Shown in pieces: positions 36,501 through 49,249 of a stretch of DNA of 64,000 nt (positions are counted from its first letter, which is position 1; the number at the start of each line of letters is the position of its first letter). This DNA is from Lama glama (lineage: Eukaryota): NCBI GenBank assembly GCA_028534125.1, contig CM052817.1, positions 87,484,001-87,548,000 of the forward strand. Direction: 5' to 3'. Position numbers and translations under genes: made by a program. The notes below the pieces were generated by a model. It saw nothing but the letters and a program-made list of their open reading frames with translations, was not told where the DNA came from and made no database searches.

Positions 36501-37167
36501 AAACACTCTTTAACCCATTTATGTAACAGGCATACAGAGCATTAGTAAAGATTGCACATTGCTTCTTTCAAGTCTAAGTGAGTAGCTCAGTTGACTAAAC
36601 TAAGTCAAGAATTTACCTAGTAGGGAAGCATTATTTCTTGACAATAATATATTCATTCTGTGACTTAAATTTTTTAAAGCACATTTAAATACTGTACCCT
36701 TTATTGAGCTTCATTGCAGTCTTAGAAGTTAACTTTTTTCCTTTTTATTTCCTTTTTATCTCACAGAGTTGAAAAGATCTGCCAACAGTAAATATAAAAT
36801 TCATAAACACATAAGAATGATTTAGGAAAATGATTTGAGGAAGATCATGATCATTCCTTCATACATAAAATAAAGTAGGTAGCTACCTGGTCTCTAAGGA
36901 TGCTTCCAAAGTTAGGTGTTATGATTAATATTCTAATATTTTCTTTACTGATATAAGAATCCTGTTATATTTACCTTATTAATTAGTTTAATAATTCTTT
37001 TCATTCATAGGTAATAAAATATTAAGTCTCAATTTAGTCCAAGCTGGTTTAATCAAAGGAAATAATAGAAACATTTCTATAAGATGCCAGGTAAAAAACA
37101 GATGCACATTGTACACTGAAGTGTGGACACTGCTACTATTTGGTAAAGGATACAGAGATAAGGTCAC

Positions 37168-37365
37168 TAATTTTATTGAGCACCTTCTGTTTGCCAAGCA
37201 TCTCTCTGCATTATTTTCTTACAACAGCCTTCTCCAGCAGAAAGCACCTACCTAATTTCTGGGATGAGGAGACAAAATCTCTAATTTATCAATAATGTAC
37301 CCAAGGTGATTCAATTTATAACTGGCATGGTCTGGATTCAAGTGTCTCTTATTTAAAACCTCATA
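37168..37365 (-). mobile_element. MIR SINE
   Basis: 'tttattgagcaccttctgtttgccaagca...gatgaggagacaa...cccaaggtga...tctggattcaa'. Confidence 0.7.
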
Positions 37366-38135
37366 ATCTGATAAATTATTATGAGTCTCGATTCTAGATA
37401 TTCAACTAGTAAGATTTTATTGTTTCATCGTAAAGTTTAAATATTCTTAACATTAAATGTTAGCAGATTTTCATCTAAACACATTCCCTCTAATGCTTTC
37501 TAAATTCTGTACAGACTCAAAATACATACATAATTTTATTCTACCCACTTTTGAAGTCACATATTATAATAGAAGAAATGTGATTCAGGGATTTATTACA
37601 TTAAAGCTTAAGAGAAGAGACTAATTTAGATATTTCAAACAATGAAATAAAGACTATTTTCAAATGTATTTCCAGAATTTTCAGCCCCTTAAAAAAGTAA
37701 ATGATAATTAATTTTAATTAGAAAATAAACAAGTGATATTATCCCTGTCCATATTTTCTTATATCTCCTAATCATGTTACACAGGAAAAAATACACACGT
37801 ATATATGCAGCCTTGGTCTCACAACTGTGGTATCACTTTATGGCTATTATAAAAATGTCCCATACTTTAAGCAACTAAAAGTGTGTGGCTGAAGTCAAAA
37901 TAAGACTAGTGTTACTTCTAATTTCATGTTATGTAGAGTCATGTTTCAGGTTGAAAAGCTTTCCCTATCTTGACAAGGAAATAGAAACTTAGGCTACTAT
38001 AATAATTTTCCTTTTTAAACAACCTAAATGAAAGTCTACCAAATATCAAGAAGAGAAATTAAAATGGGATATTAGCAACAAATTGCCAGCATTAGAACCA
38101 CCCACTATCCCTATTCAAAGTGTTCCTGTAACAAT

Positions 38136-38261
38136 TATGGTGATTATATAACTTGTTACCTAAACCAGGACACTTTTGAGAGGTAAAGGGGGGAGGTTGT
38201 AGTTATTTTGGTTTAATTAACAAGGATTCTCCCAGGGAAATAGGGAAATATATTCACCCTA
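38136..38261 (+). mobile_element. MER81 hAT-Blackjack MITE
   Basis: 'tatggtgattatataacttgttacctaaaccaggacacttttgagagg' ... 'tattcacccta'. Confidence 0.8.
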
Positions 38262-38689
38262 ATTATTTTAGAATCCAGTATTTGTATAGGAAGTGTTTCT
38301 TGTCCATATGCGCACAAAAAGTACACTTTATTCCTTTGTAAAATCATTTTCTACAAAGTCTAGATGGAGAAGGTAGAAGTGAAGACAGCATCCATCTTAC
38401 TTTATATAAAATCAGGTATTTATAAAAGTCAGTTTGTTCAAATATAATGAACTATTTATATGGACTCTTAAGATTTCTTATTTCAACAAAAACCAAATGA
38501 CTTCATGAGTAACATGAGTCAGAAAGATGCTTCTTTATTTTTTTGTTTATATAGAAGCTATTCATGAGAGATGTATATAGTAAACCTTGCAAAACAGAGA
38601 AGCAGCCTCTCAGTTTCCCAGTTCAGATGTTTTTCTTAAGTGCATTTCTTATTTTGACTTTTGTACTATTCATCAATCACACTTATCTT

Positions 38690-38825
38690 TTTTTTAACCA
38701 GAATTTAACTACCTCGTGGCAGGGACTGTGTCTTACTCATTCTTTTATTGTCCACAGGGCCTTCTAGTGCCCTGCATAAGACAGGCATTGAATAAACATT
38801 TCCCCATTTGAAATAAATGGATTGG
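38690..38825 (+). mobile_element. L2 3' tail
   Basis: 'ggcagggactgtgtcttactcatt...ctagtgccctgcataagacaggcattgaataaacattt'. Confidence 0.75.
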
Positions 38826-39091
38826 TTCAAACATTATTACTCAGGTCCTATTAACGTTGCAAGTTATAATCAACATATGTGTTTAAAAGAAAATTCCAGC
38901 TTATAGCTTATTCTATTTCTTTGCTCTGAAAAATCTACACTTGCTTCACAAATAGTGTGTTCTTCATCCAGTCATTTCAAAATTCATTTTGAGAAAAAAA
39001 AAGTCATTGTACAGTAGTATTGTACTCAAATATAAGCTTATACCTTAAAAATAATTCCAGTTGTAAAAAGTATATGCTGTATCTTGTATCA

Positions 39092-39419
39092 CAAGGGGTC
39101 AGCAAAGTTTTTCTGAGATGAGTCAAATAGTAAATATTTGTGGGATTATAAGCCCTATACACTTTGCTGTAACTACTCAATTCTATTGTACCATGAAAGC
39201 AACCACAGAAAATATGCAAATGAATATGGCTGCAGTCCAGCAAATCTTTATGTATGGACACTAAAATTCAGATTTCATATAATTTTCATGTTTCATGAAA
39301 TAATTTTCTTTTCTTTTTCTTTCAGTCATGTATACACATGAAAATAATCTTAGCTTGCAGGATATATGAAAATAGACAGACAACAGGATTTGACCTGTGA
39401 GCCATAGATATAACCCCTG
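39092..39419 (+). mobile_element. MER58B hAT-Charlie MITE
   Basis: Termini caaggggtcagcaaa / taacccctg. 8-bp TSD ttgtatca (39084-39091) / ttctatca (39420-39427). Confidence 0.9.
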
Positions 39420-40841
39420 TTCTATCAAGGGATGTCATTCATTTTCAGTCATACCCACACTCACAACCAAAAATACCTATAATTCTCATTTGCTGATTTT
39501 TCACTTATGAAGGACAAATACCATATTTTTATTTTATTCTTAGCCACTTCAAGAAAGATGAGATTGATTTAAGCTGAATTATGTTAAATAAGGGCATGGA
39601 ATCATAAACATCTGACATTAGCATGGAAACATATGTGCCTATCCATCAATGCAGTCTTGGGAAACAAAAATTGGAATATATTATAGTTAACTGAATTAAA
39701 TCCAAAATTTACATTTATCTTCTAATCCATAGCATTAACTTTACAAAAGGTTTTTATTCCAGTCCAATATATGCTACAATAAGATGAAAAAAGTATGTAT
39801 CACAAAAATTTCATTTAGTTAAACAAAAATTATAATCTTTATACATATATTTTTGTTTATATACAGAATATGTCTTCATGTATACATGCATACTCATGTA
39901 TGTAAAAATGATTTCCTCACAAAAACAGCTGGTGGCTGATGGAGGATGATTACAGTTGAGGTATAAATTAGAAGCTTTGGATATCAAACAGAAAATATAA
40001 TTAGAAACACAAAGGAGGAAAAAAATCAAGAGCATGAGAGTCAGAGGAAAAAAATGAGGAAATGACAAATGAATCCAGGAAATGTAAAATACAAATAACA
40101 GGAGGAGAAAAAAGAAATGAATGGAAGTGAGAATAATTACTCCAACAAAAGAAAAATAACATCCCTAAGATGAATAATGGTCTGAATATGCAAATGATAA
40201 CATTTTGCTGGATGAAACTGCTGACAAAACAATACAAACTTTGAGTAATTCAAAAATTGAAGAAAATTGTAAAGATTCCCACTCAGAAATACAAGCTACT
40301 TAACAAGTGAATTGAATTTCTCTTTACCAACATTGGAGCCCAAAGACAGCAAGCAGTATGTATAGCTACTGAACGAAAAGGGCTGCCCCACAGAAACCTA
40401 CACACAACAATGATGTAGTTCATTAGACAAAACGAAAGAAATTAATTTGCTCATACAAAGGAAATACATCACTCACTCTACAATCTGAGGAAAATACTTG
40501 GGACATGAATCTAGAAAACCGATAAAGGAACCAAAACAAAACCTCAAGAGGAGGAGAATGTGCAGAGGAAAGAAATCAATGGTGAGCAATAAACTTCAGC
40601 ATATCAAAAATTAAGTCCAAGTAAACAAAGTGTTAGCTATAATTCCAGAACAACTATTCTTAGAAAAGAAGATGCTTGCTACAACAGAAACAGTGATAGC
40701 TGTTCATTAAAATGCTATTGTACCTAAGGAAAATGTAGAATACTTTGATAGGGTAAATTTTGTTGTAAAGCAGCAACATAAGTCTAAGAACTCATCATAA
40801 TTTTAATACAGAAAGGCAGTAGCAAACAGAGTAACCTAGTG

Positions 40842-40845
<4 letters not shown>

Positions 40846-40892
<47 letters not shown>

Positions 40893-40930
40893 ACATATAT
40901 ATGTGTGTATGTGTGTATCACACACATATA
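40846..40930. repeat. Compound (TA)n(TG)n microsatellite
   Basis: About 15 TA units followed by about 8 TG units. Confidence 0.95.
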
Positions 40931-41389
40931 TGTTTGATAATAGTATAAATATATGGCAGGGAAACAGAAGAGAAAGTATCCATTAATGAAATGGAAAAGT
41001 ACAAATAATCTCCCAAATTAATAAGGTAAAGAAGGTCAATGTGAAGCAACTTGATCAAAACATAAAGTAAGGGTAAGAAGAAAAAACTAAATTTAAAATA
41101 ATACCCAAAAACAGAAGAAGAACTTATATGTATCAGTTTTTTATTCTAAATGTGAGTTGACTGTTTAATCCCGTAATGACAGATTTACAAACTAGAATAA
41201 GAAATATATCCCAGCCAGTAATAAAGATAAACTATGCAGTAACATAAAATGTCAGAAATATAAAATTTAGGAATACAAGCACAAAAAAGAATAAATAAGG
41301 GTATATTATAAGAAACAAGTACAAAGTCATAAACAATAAAAACTATTCAAATAAAAATTTTTAAGTATTTTATCTGAGAGATGACATTC

Positions 41390-41753
41390 AATCTGAGAGA
41401 CAGAGAAAATTTATTCTAAGGAACTGGCTCATGCAACTGGGTATGGGGTGGGTGGGACAGTGTCACCATGGCAGGCTTGAGACGCAGAAAAGGGTTGATG
41501 TTACTGTCTCTAGGCCAAAGGCAGAGGTCTGGGGGCAGAATTCTTTTCTCCTTGTGGGGCTTAGCCCTTTTTCTTAAAGCTTTCAACTGACTGGATAAGG
41601 CCCATCTACATTACAGAGGCTAATCGGTTTTACTCAAAATCTACAGATTTAAATACTAAACACATCAACATTTACAGTGACATCTAGACTATACTGAACC
41701 AAAAATTGTCTACCATGGCCTTGTCAAATTTACACGTAAAATTAACCATCACA
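41390..41753 (-). mobile_element. MLT2 (C/D-like) ERVL LTR, 5' and central part
   Basis: Ends 'acacgtaaaattaaccatcaca', the reverse complement of the MLT2 5' end. Contains 'ttcaactgactggataaggccca'. Confidence 0.85.
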
Positions 41754-42034
41754 GTCAAATGTCTGATTGATGTTGATAAATGTATATGATGCAAATATGA
41801 GACATAGTTTTCTTTATTTACATCCATATTATTTTGAATGTGTGAATTATATTACCTTGCTCCTCAGAGGATTTATTAATTATTCATTTACTAGATAGTT
41901 CTAAATCTGAAAGAATTACATGAAAAGTTTTTACCATACCTTTATTTTTCTAATTCTTCTTACATTTTAAAAATATTTTGCTTCTATATTTATACATATA
42001 TATGATAAGAGAAAGTAGCACATAGTAGTATATA

Positions 42035-42105
42035 GATTTATGTATATATATATATTGCACACATACACATCTTATTAGTCTGTTTCTCTGGAGAACCCTA
42101 ATATA
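42035..42105 (+). mobile_element. MLT2 3' terminal part, opposite orientation to 41390-41753
   Basis: TA/CA tract followed by 'cttattagtctgtttctctggagaaccctaatata'. Confidence 0.8.
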
Positions 42106-42699
42106 TTGGCCACAAAGAAAATCTTGATAAAATTTTTAAATCAAATATTTTATGATCTAAATCTCTATAGTATTTTAGATAATTTTAAAAAGATAAAAAT
42201 CTTAATAGCTTGGAAAATATGGAAAAAAGAGATCAAAAAAGAAAATCAAATATGAAATACCAAGCTATCCAGGAAGAAATAAAAATTTCCACTTCATATA
42301 AAATGGCAACACAGCAAAATCTGTACTTAGAAGCAAATATAGATTAAAATATATTCATTAGTAAAGAAGGAAAAATCTTACAATAGGTTTTAAAGTTTAG
42401 AAAAATATTCAAATGAAACTAAGCTAAAATATATATAAATATAAGAGCTAAAATAAATGAATAGAAATAAATGTGCAAAATATTCATAGATTCAAAGTCC
42501 TGTGTTTGAAAAATATTAGTTAAAACCTGGTTGCATTTTGTCTCATAATAATTTTACTTTCTCTTGAAGAGTAACATAGCCTGCTGACTGTTTGTTTTCT
42601 CCTTTTTCACTTCTGTATGCCATATGCTGTTACTCTACTAAGTTTTCCCTGATTTTAGGTTGTATGGAGAAACCGAGTGACCAATGTGAAGCTATCTAC

Positions 42700-43165
42700 A
42701 GCTTATAATTATTCTTTTTCGCTAAGAGATCTGTTGTTGCAAAGAGGGATGATTCCATCAGAGTAATTTCTGTTTGGGTTTACCTGAACACCAGTGATTA
42801 ACCAAAGCACGGTGATGCGACAAATGGTGTAAGCTTTATGAAATTTTCAGAGTAATTCTGTCCATAGATATATGGAATTGGAATTTGGAAAAAGCAAATG
42901 AATTACCATCAGTGCCAATAAATGGATGTAAACTGGGAGCTTGGCAATGGCCTTATGCCTTCAGAAGCACTAAAAACCCTGGAGTAAAGGGGAAAAGGGC
43001 ATAAGAGAGAAAGGGACAGAAAAAATTTAAATTAAATGACATTCCATTCCTATTTGTTCAACTTTTACTTGGATTCTACTGGATATTTTAATTCTTAAAA
43101 ACTTATGTTTTGCTTAAGCAAAATTGCAATGGATTTCTATAATTTGCAACCTAGAGACCTTAGGT
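42700..43165 (+). mobile_element. Old MLT1 (J/K/L-like) MaLR LTR
   Basis: 3' end 'ttgcttaagcaaaattgcaatggatttctataatttgcaacctagagacctta'. Confidence 0.55.
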
Positions 43166-43189
43166 AAAAAGCACAGTATCCAGACCATA

Positions 43190-43790
43190 TTCTGTGATGT
43201 ATATGCTATGCCAGGTCCAGATTTAAGTACTCAGATAATCGGAGAAATGTCTGTGCTCTCAGCAAATATGTGTAATACAGGAGTGGAGTAATACAATAGA
43301 ACCAAAAATATTATAATGCGGGATATAAAGGGCATATAAAGAAGAGAGGTAACTCATTCAGTTAAAGGGCTTACAGAAGACTCCTGAGCTGAGGTGACAC
43401 TTGAACTGTGTGTTTGAGCATAAGTGGCATTTAACTAAGTGCAAAACGTGGGAGAAAGTCATGCTAAACAGCAGAAACCTGTATAAAGGCCCAGAGGAGT
43501 AAGAGAGAAGGTCATTTTCAAGCATCTATAAATAACCAAAAGTGTAGGGAGAAGAGGGAGGCATAATGGAAAAGGAATATAAATAAGACAAGCAACAAAT
43601 TATACTCAACCTTTCCCTGAGTGTGATGGGAAGCCACAGAAAGATTTAAAACTGGGTGAAATGATAAATTTTAAATTTTAGAAGACACTCTGGAAGAACT
43701 TTGGAGGATATGGAGTGGCCAAAAAAGCAAGGGAAGAGATATGTGGAAGCTGTAAGGAACTTCTTTTTGAAATAAGGTAAGTAGCTAAAC
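43190..43790 (-). mobile_element. L2 3' portion
   Basis: 'gaggtgacacttgaactg', 'gtataaaggcccagagg', 'gatgggaagccacagaaagattt'. Confidence 0.7.
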
Positions 43791-44324
43791 TAAGCAGAGA
43801 AAAATGGTAACAGGACGGAAGGGATGGGCTCAGGAGATAACCAGAAGATAACCAGGAGATAAGTAACAGTGGGCCTCCACAAGCACAGGTCAGGGACCTG
43901 GTCAGAGGCTGTTTTCACACTTGTCACACAGGTAAAAATGTGAAGTCCATTCGCACTGTGTGAGGACCAATTAAATGGGATAAAGCAGAGCACCTTGAAA
44001 AATTAAAAAAAAACAACTATAAATATATTTGACATTGGTCTTGTTATGCTCAGATGTATTATTAGATACTAAACAGTCCTTTCAGTCACTCCAGTTATAG
44101 CCGATTGCTGTATCTCTGGAACAGACCACTGCATGCTTGTCTCCACTCTGGCCCTCTGATCACTTCTCCTTCCTACTCTCCCTTTCACTTCTTTCATCTC
44201 CTTTCATTCTCCATCATCTCTCTGTATTTCCTCAACTCCTCTTTTTCTCTTGTGTCACAGAGAGCACTTCTTCAACACATTAACAGAGGCTAGGAACAGG
44301 GATTAAGACTGAGTTCATATGTAT

Positions 44325-44770
44325 CATGTATTGTTTATTGAGCAATTATGATGGGCCAGGCACTGTGGTGATGAGGCAAAATGGGTCCCTGTCCTCACTA
44401 AACTTACAGTCTACCAGGTAAGACAGTCAACTGAAGAAGTGTTGGGGGCACATGTGTGTGTATATATGTGTGTATGTCTGGGTGTGTGTAGAGACAGCAA
44501 GAATGAGAGAACAAGTCAGAGGCTTTGGATTTCTATGGGATCATAGAGCAGGAATCTAATATACAGCTAGAAATATCAGTCTTCACAGGATAAATAATAT
44601 TTAGGAGGAGAAGTAGCATATGAGGAAGGGTTATTTAGGCATCACTGGGGGTTAGGGGATAAGAATTTTTCCAGACAAGGAAAGGACCTCCTTAAATGAC
44701 CTGATGCAGAAGATAATACTATAACTTCCAGGAATAAGGATGACCAGTTGGCCTGGAAAACAGGCGGTAG
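44325..44770 (-). mobile_element. L2 3' portion
   Basis: 'tttattgagcaattatgatgggccaggcactgtg...gtccctgtcctcactaaacttacagtctaccagg'. Confidence 0.75.
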
Positions 44771-45857
44771 AGAAACACTGAGGAGTCACTACTGTCAAGG
44801 ATGTCAAAACGAGTGTTGTGTTACTATAAGAAGGACACTGCCTTAAGAATCACAGAGTGATAACAAACTGTAGTTTAAAGCAAAACTCTATCTAAGAAAG
44901 AACTTCTGAATCAGAATATTTCTAATTATTATTACATTGAGGGATATAGGGAATATTAAATTGACCTGAAGACAAAGGAGAAAAAATGGTATTTTTATAG
45001 AATTAATTATGATTTCTATTAAAGAAAACCATTCTCTGATTAGATTTTTAAAATACAACGTGCTGACTGAAAAACTGATTAAATGGCTTGAAATTGCTTG
45101 CATACAGAAAGGAATATACTTGAAAAGTAGACATAATTGTAGCATAATTTACTGCCATAAAACACTCCAAGATAGTGTTATTATCTCCTCATATATGGAA
45201 GGTTCCCCCACTCAGCAATAAAGGCAGAAAGAACAATTGATAGACAGAAGCGGCATCAAGGACTGCAAAGCAGAAACACATCATCTCTACATGGCATGAC
45301 CTCCATTATCGGCAGACCTGTCACTCACACCCACTGGGGATGCTCCGGGTATCATTCAAAGAAGTTGACTATTATAGGGCCAAGTGGAAGACTCCCATTA
45401 CATGTAAGTAAATTGCCTATCAGCCTACAGCAGTAGAAGCTCAAGAAATGATGCAAAGGTCAAAAGAAAAGTAATAAAAAACCCACTGACCAACAATGCA
45501 ATAATATGTAGTTATCTATTTTAAGTTATACCTCTGATTTTTTCAAGGACTCAAAAATATATTAGAAAATTCACAAACCCCTTTGTTCAGAAAAAAAGCA
45601 ACTGGAATCACTAAAATCCATTCCAGTGTGGGAGAAAAAGCCTAATCTATTGATCAACTGAAATTCAGGATTGTATAGGCCCATTTAAATTATTTATTTA
45701 TATATTTATTTATTCTTTCTTTCTTTCTTTTATATCTATGTTCATAATAAAATAGCTACTTTTGTTTTATTCAAACTACTAATTGGTGTTAATCAGTGTT
45801 CAGTAAGAACAGAATAATAGTCTACTACTAATGGTTAAAAGAAAATGTAAAACAATT

Positions 45858-45922
45858 TGTTTTTTTGTTTTTATAAATATATTTTTATTGAAGTATAGTC
45901 AGTTTACAATGTTGTGTCAATT
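45858..45922 (-). mobile_element. Very short L1 3' tail
   Basis: 'tttttattgaagtatagtcagtttacaatgttgtgtcaatt'. Confidence 0.8.
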
Positions 45923-46223
45923 TTAAGATGTATGAACTTATTTTAGAATTAGGAGATTAAGACTTTATTTTTATGTTTAAATCATCTAATCAGATTTCAA
46001 TCAGATTTAAATATTTTCAGTCTTTTATTCATCCTGTATTTCCTTCAGTTGATATAAACTGAATTGACAGTTGTACTTTTAACTTATGAATAAAATAAAT
46101 GTGTGAATCTACAGTAAGAAATCTGTATGCTTTATAGTTTTGCATTGTTACTATAATATATTTTTGTGATCTTTAGTTTGTTACTATTCTTTCCTTCCCT
46201 CTCTGTCTTGTTTATCCTTCCCT

Positions 46224-47039
46224 TCTAAAGACTCTGCACCCAATTATTTCAATGTGTGTTGGTGGTTTTCCCCACACCACCAAGCAATTCTCCAACACCA
46301 GCTCGGTGCCCTATAACTCAACTCAATTCTGAAACTATCAATCCAGGGATAGCTTCAGATTCCCTAGATTAAGGGCTTAGTCCCACAAGACAGACTTCAC
46401 GGCGAGTTGCAAGTCACTTTGTCACTTGCAAAGGGCTTTAAATCAGAGGTTCTCACAATCCTCTCCTTGGGTACCATTAATTTGCTAGTGTGGCTCACAG
46501 GACTCAAGACAATTTACTCACTAGATTACTGATTTGTTATATAGGTCATTAAAAGATAAGAATCAATTGTCAGATGAAGAGATCCATAGGGCGCAGTCCC
46601 ATTCAAAGGCACTTCTATCCTTGTGGAGTTTTGGCCCAACATGGTGCCACACGGAAATGTTCTGGTTCACAAACTGGAAGCTCTTCCAATCCCATCCTTT
46701 TGGGTTTTATAAGGAAGCTTCATTACACAGGCACCATTGATTAAATCATTGGTTATTGGTGGTCAATTCGACCTTCAGCTTCTCTCTCCTCCCTGGAGAT
46801 CAGGAGGTTGTACTCAAAGTTCTGTTCCTCTCATCACAAGTTTGTTTCCCTGGCAACCAGCCCTCATCCTTAGCTATTTTCCAAATCAGCTTATTAACAT
46901 AAACTCAGGTGTGTATGAAAGGGATTTTTATGAATATTAAGACAGTTTTATCACTCTTATCACTTTAGAAATTTCAAGGGTTTTAGGAACTTTGTGCCAG
47001 AAATAGGGACAAAGACCAAATATAAGTCACAATATCACA
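46224..47039 (-). mobile_element. MER21-family LTR, near full length
   Basis: Ends 'gaccaaatataagtcacaatatcaca', the reverse complement of the MER21 5' end. Contains 'agggcttagtcccacaagac'. Confidence 0.9.
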
Positions 47040-47129
47040 CCTCTCCTATCTTCTATTTTCTTTTCCTTCAGCGATAATGAGTAAACAATGTGGCAATTTG
47101 TATGTTCCAAGCCTGGCCACAGTAGTATC

Positions 47130-47625
47130 TCTCATCACATTTTCTCTTCTGAAAATGTAATCTTGACTCATCTGCCACGCTGTGGGGCTCCTACGTTCTC
47201 CTCCTTGTATCTGAGTAGGCTACTGACCTTGGAGGAATGAATTTCTAAGTCTAGGCAGCAAAGAGAAAAGATGTCTCTGTCTTACTTTCAGGGACACTCC
47301 CCTTTGGAAGCACTGAGTCTGAGCACCTTGAGGCAACTATGTTGTGAAAAACCTCTCGAGGGAGACCACAGGGAAAAGCCCTAATGCTACATAAAAAAAA
47401 AAAAAAAATAGAAAACCAGATAGTCCCCCATCTTCTCCCAGCCCCTAGAATTCCAGCTGTAGCAGCTCTCTGACTGCAAACTTGTGAAAGATATAGAGCC
47501 AGAACTGCCCAGATAAGCCCTTTTTGATTTTCTGTCCACAGAAACCATGAGAGTTAATAAATTATTCTTGTTTTATGCTATTGAATTTGGGGTGATTCAT
47601 TATGCAGAAATAGAGAAGCAGAGGA
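47130..47625 (+). mobile_element. MLT1G/H-like MaLR LTR
   Basis: 'gagccagaactgcccagataagccc...tccacagaaaccatgagag...tttggggtgattcattatgcagaaataga'. Confidence 0.75.
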
Positions 47626-47784
47626 AACACAAATTTTATGTGGATACCCAATGATGCTAAGGTCACACAAATGAGTGGAAACTTCTCTCAATATTTTCAT
47701 AGTCTAGTTGGAAGGAAATAATACAAAAAACATTTAAAATGACCATAAGATGCAAACAATGCAACAACAGAGTTAAATACATCA

Positions 47785-48045
47785 TGTTTGGGGAAGCCCA
47801 GAGGACTGCTGGCAGAAGCAGTGGGCTCTGAGCATCCCCGAACACTCTTGCTGGTTATGCCAGGAATACATTTTCCAGGGTTGTGTTTACAGCACCAATC
47901 TGATGTGCTTGCTGCTTACTCTGCCATCGGTAATGAAGTTCCCTGTCTCTGAATCATCAATGTCCTAGTGTCTTGTCTTCTGCCAGCACCCATGAAACAG
48001 TGACAGTCGGTCTCATTAGTTTGTAAACAGATTAAAGAACAATTC
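47785..48045 (+). mobile_element. MER76-like ERVL LTR fragment
   Basis: 'gtcttctgccagcacccatgaaacagtgacag...attagtttgtaaacag'. Confidence 0.6.
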
Positions 48046-49249
48046 AGCAGTAATTACAGTTAAACTTTTTATATGTTCTCAGGTTTATGTGGAATAGCAC
48101 ACTCCATTTTCACGGTTGTAAAGGCTGCCTATTTGACTAATGAGAAATTAAAACTTAATTACTTTAAAATATAATTTTCTAAATATCTTTAACGATAGTG
48201 GAGGATCATGATTGAAATTAGTGACAGTCTAGGACAATTAGATTGCTAGATAAAAATTTGATTTTATCTTGTCAATGAAGAGTTTCAAACAAGTAAGTGA
48301 AAAATCAATTTTTCCTTATTGCTTTCGTTTTAAAATTTGGTTTATCTGCAGCTGGATTCCATCTGTTGGTGTTAAGAATTCACAGAGGGTCTTCTCTTTG
48401 TTCTTTATTTCCTTAATTTCTACCTTCCATTTGAAAAGTATATTCCCTAGTTTGCATCAATGGACTAGCACGGTCTCAACTAGTAATTGACAGTTACCAT
48501 CTGCTTTAAAAAATATGATTGTCTCTTGTGTGCCATGCTCTGAGTCATCAACTTAAATGTAGACTGGGGCAAAATGGTTAAAGACAATTCTATCAAGTAA
48601 GTTGCTTATGTCTCAACAACAATATGAAAATAGTTTCTTGTTTTACAGCATCTTTTTTTCTAAAATGGTTTAAATTCCTCCCAGTTAAGGTACTAGATAT
48701 AAATGCAATCATTGTTATCAATAATGATTCTTAACATTATTAATCTATGTGGTGACACTAAATTTTTCCTTTTAAGTATATGCTTGGATTTTCAAAAATA
48801 AAGTTATGACATTTGACATATTTTTCTTAAACAAGTATTGTCACATAATCACATGCAAGAAATTCATGTATTCTAAAACAGGGGAAGAACTGAAGGATTT
48901 TATAGTAGCATATTGCATTTTACAAATTAAACATATGTGACACTGATTATTTTATTATTATACAGCAAGAAAGAGCTACATTTAAAACACAAGTTTCCTG
49001 AATACAAACTAATAAAATTTTAAATAATTTTTGGTAGAAGTAGTTATGTTGTTCTTCCTCTTGCATCTGTTTTTTACAGTGCTTTGTATAATTATTCCTG
49101 ATTATTTCTCTCCCCAGTAAAAGAACAATGGCCTTCGGAGTGTGAGAAGGAAGGTTACAAGAAGGAAAAAAGAATAATGTTTATACTCCATGGGAGATTT
49201 AACTGAGTATATAGGATAAGTGATTTACTCAAAATATTATACTGGTTTA

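Larger units (their letters stand above)
35877..36528 (-). mobile_element. MER73/MER74/LTR53-like ERVL solo LTR
   Basis: TG...CA termini ('tgtagtgagttccagggg' ... 'atgtaaca'). Motifs 'tatggctagcagat', 'atgcaaagcagg', 'aactggatgtgtaaaaatttgagttt'. Confidence 0.7.
39900..42530 (+). mobile_element. Old L1M ORF1 to ORF2-endonuclease remnant, containing MLT2 and a local inversion
   Basis: A-rich ORF1-like sequence. LGHKENLDK at about 42106-42132 and 'ctgtacttagaagcaaatatag' (AVLRGKFI-like). The segment 41754-~42000 is in antisense orientation. Confidence 0.6.

Noticed and set aside
3619..47039. Paired same-family LTRs (two MER21, two MLT1B, two MLT2) as the ends of a provirus
   Set aside because: Tens of kb apart, diverged, and with no gag/pol/env or internal sequence between them. 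These are independent solo LTRs.
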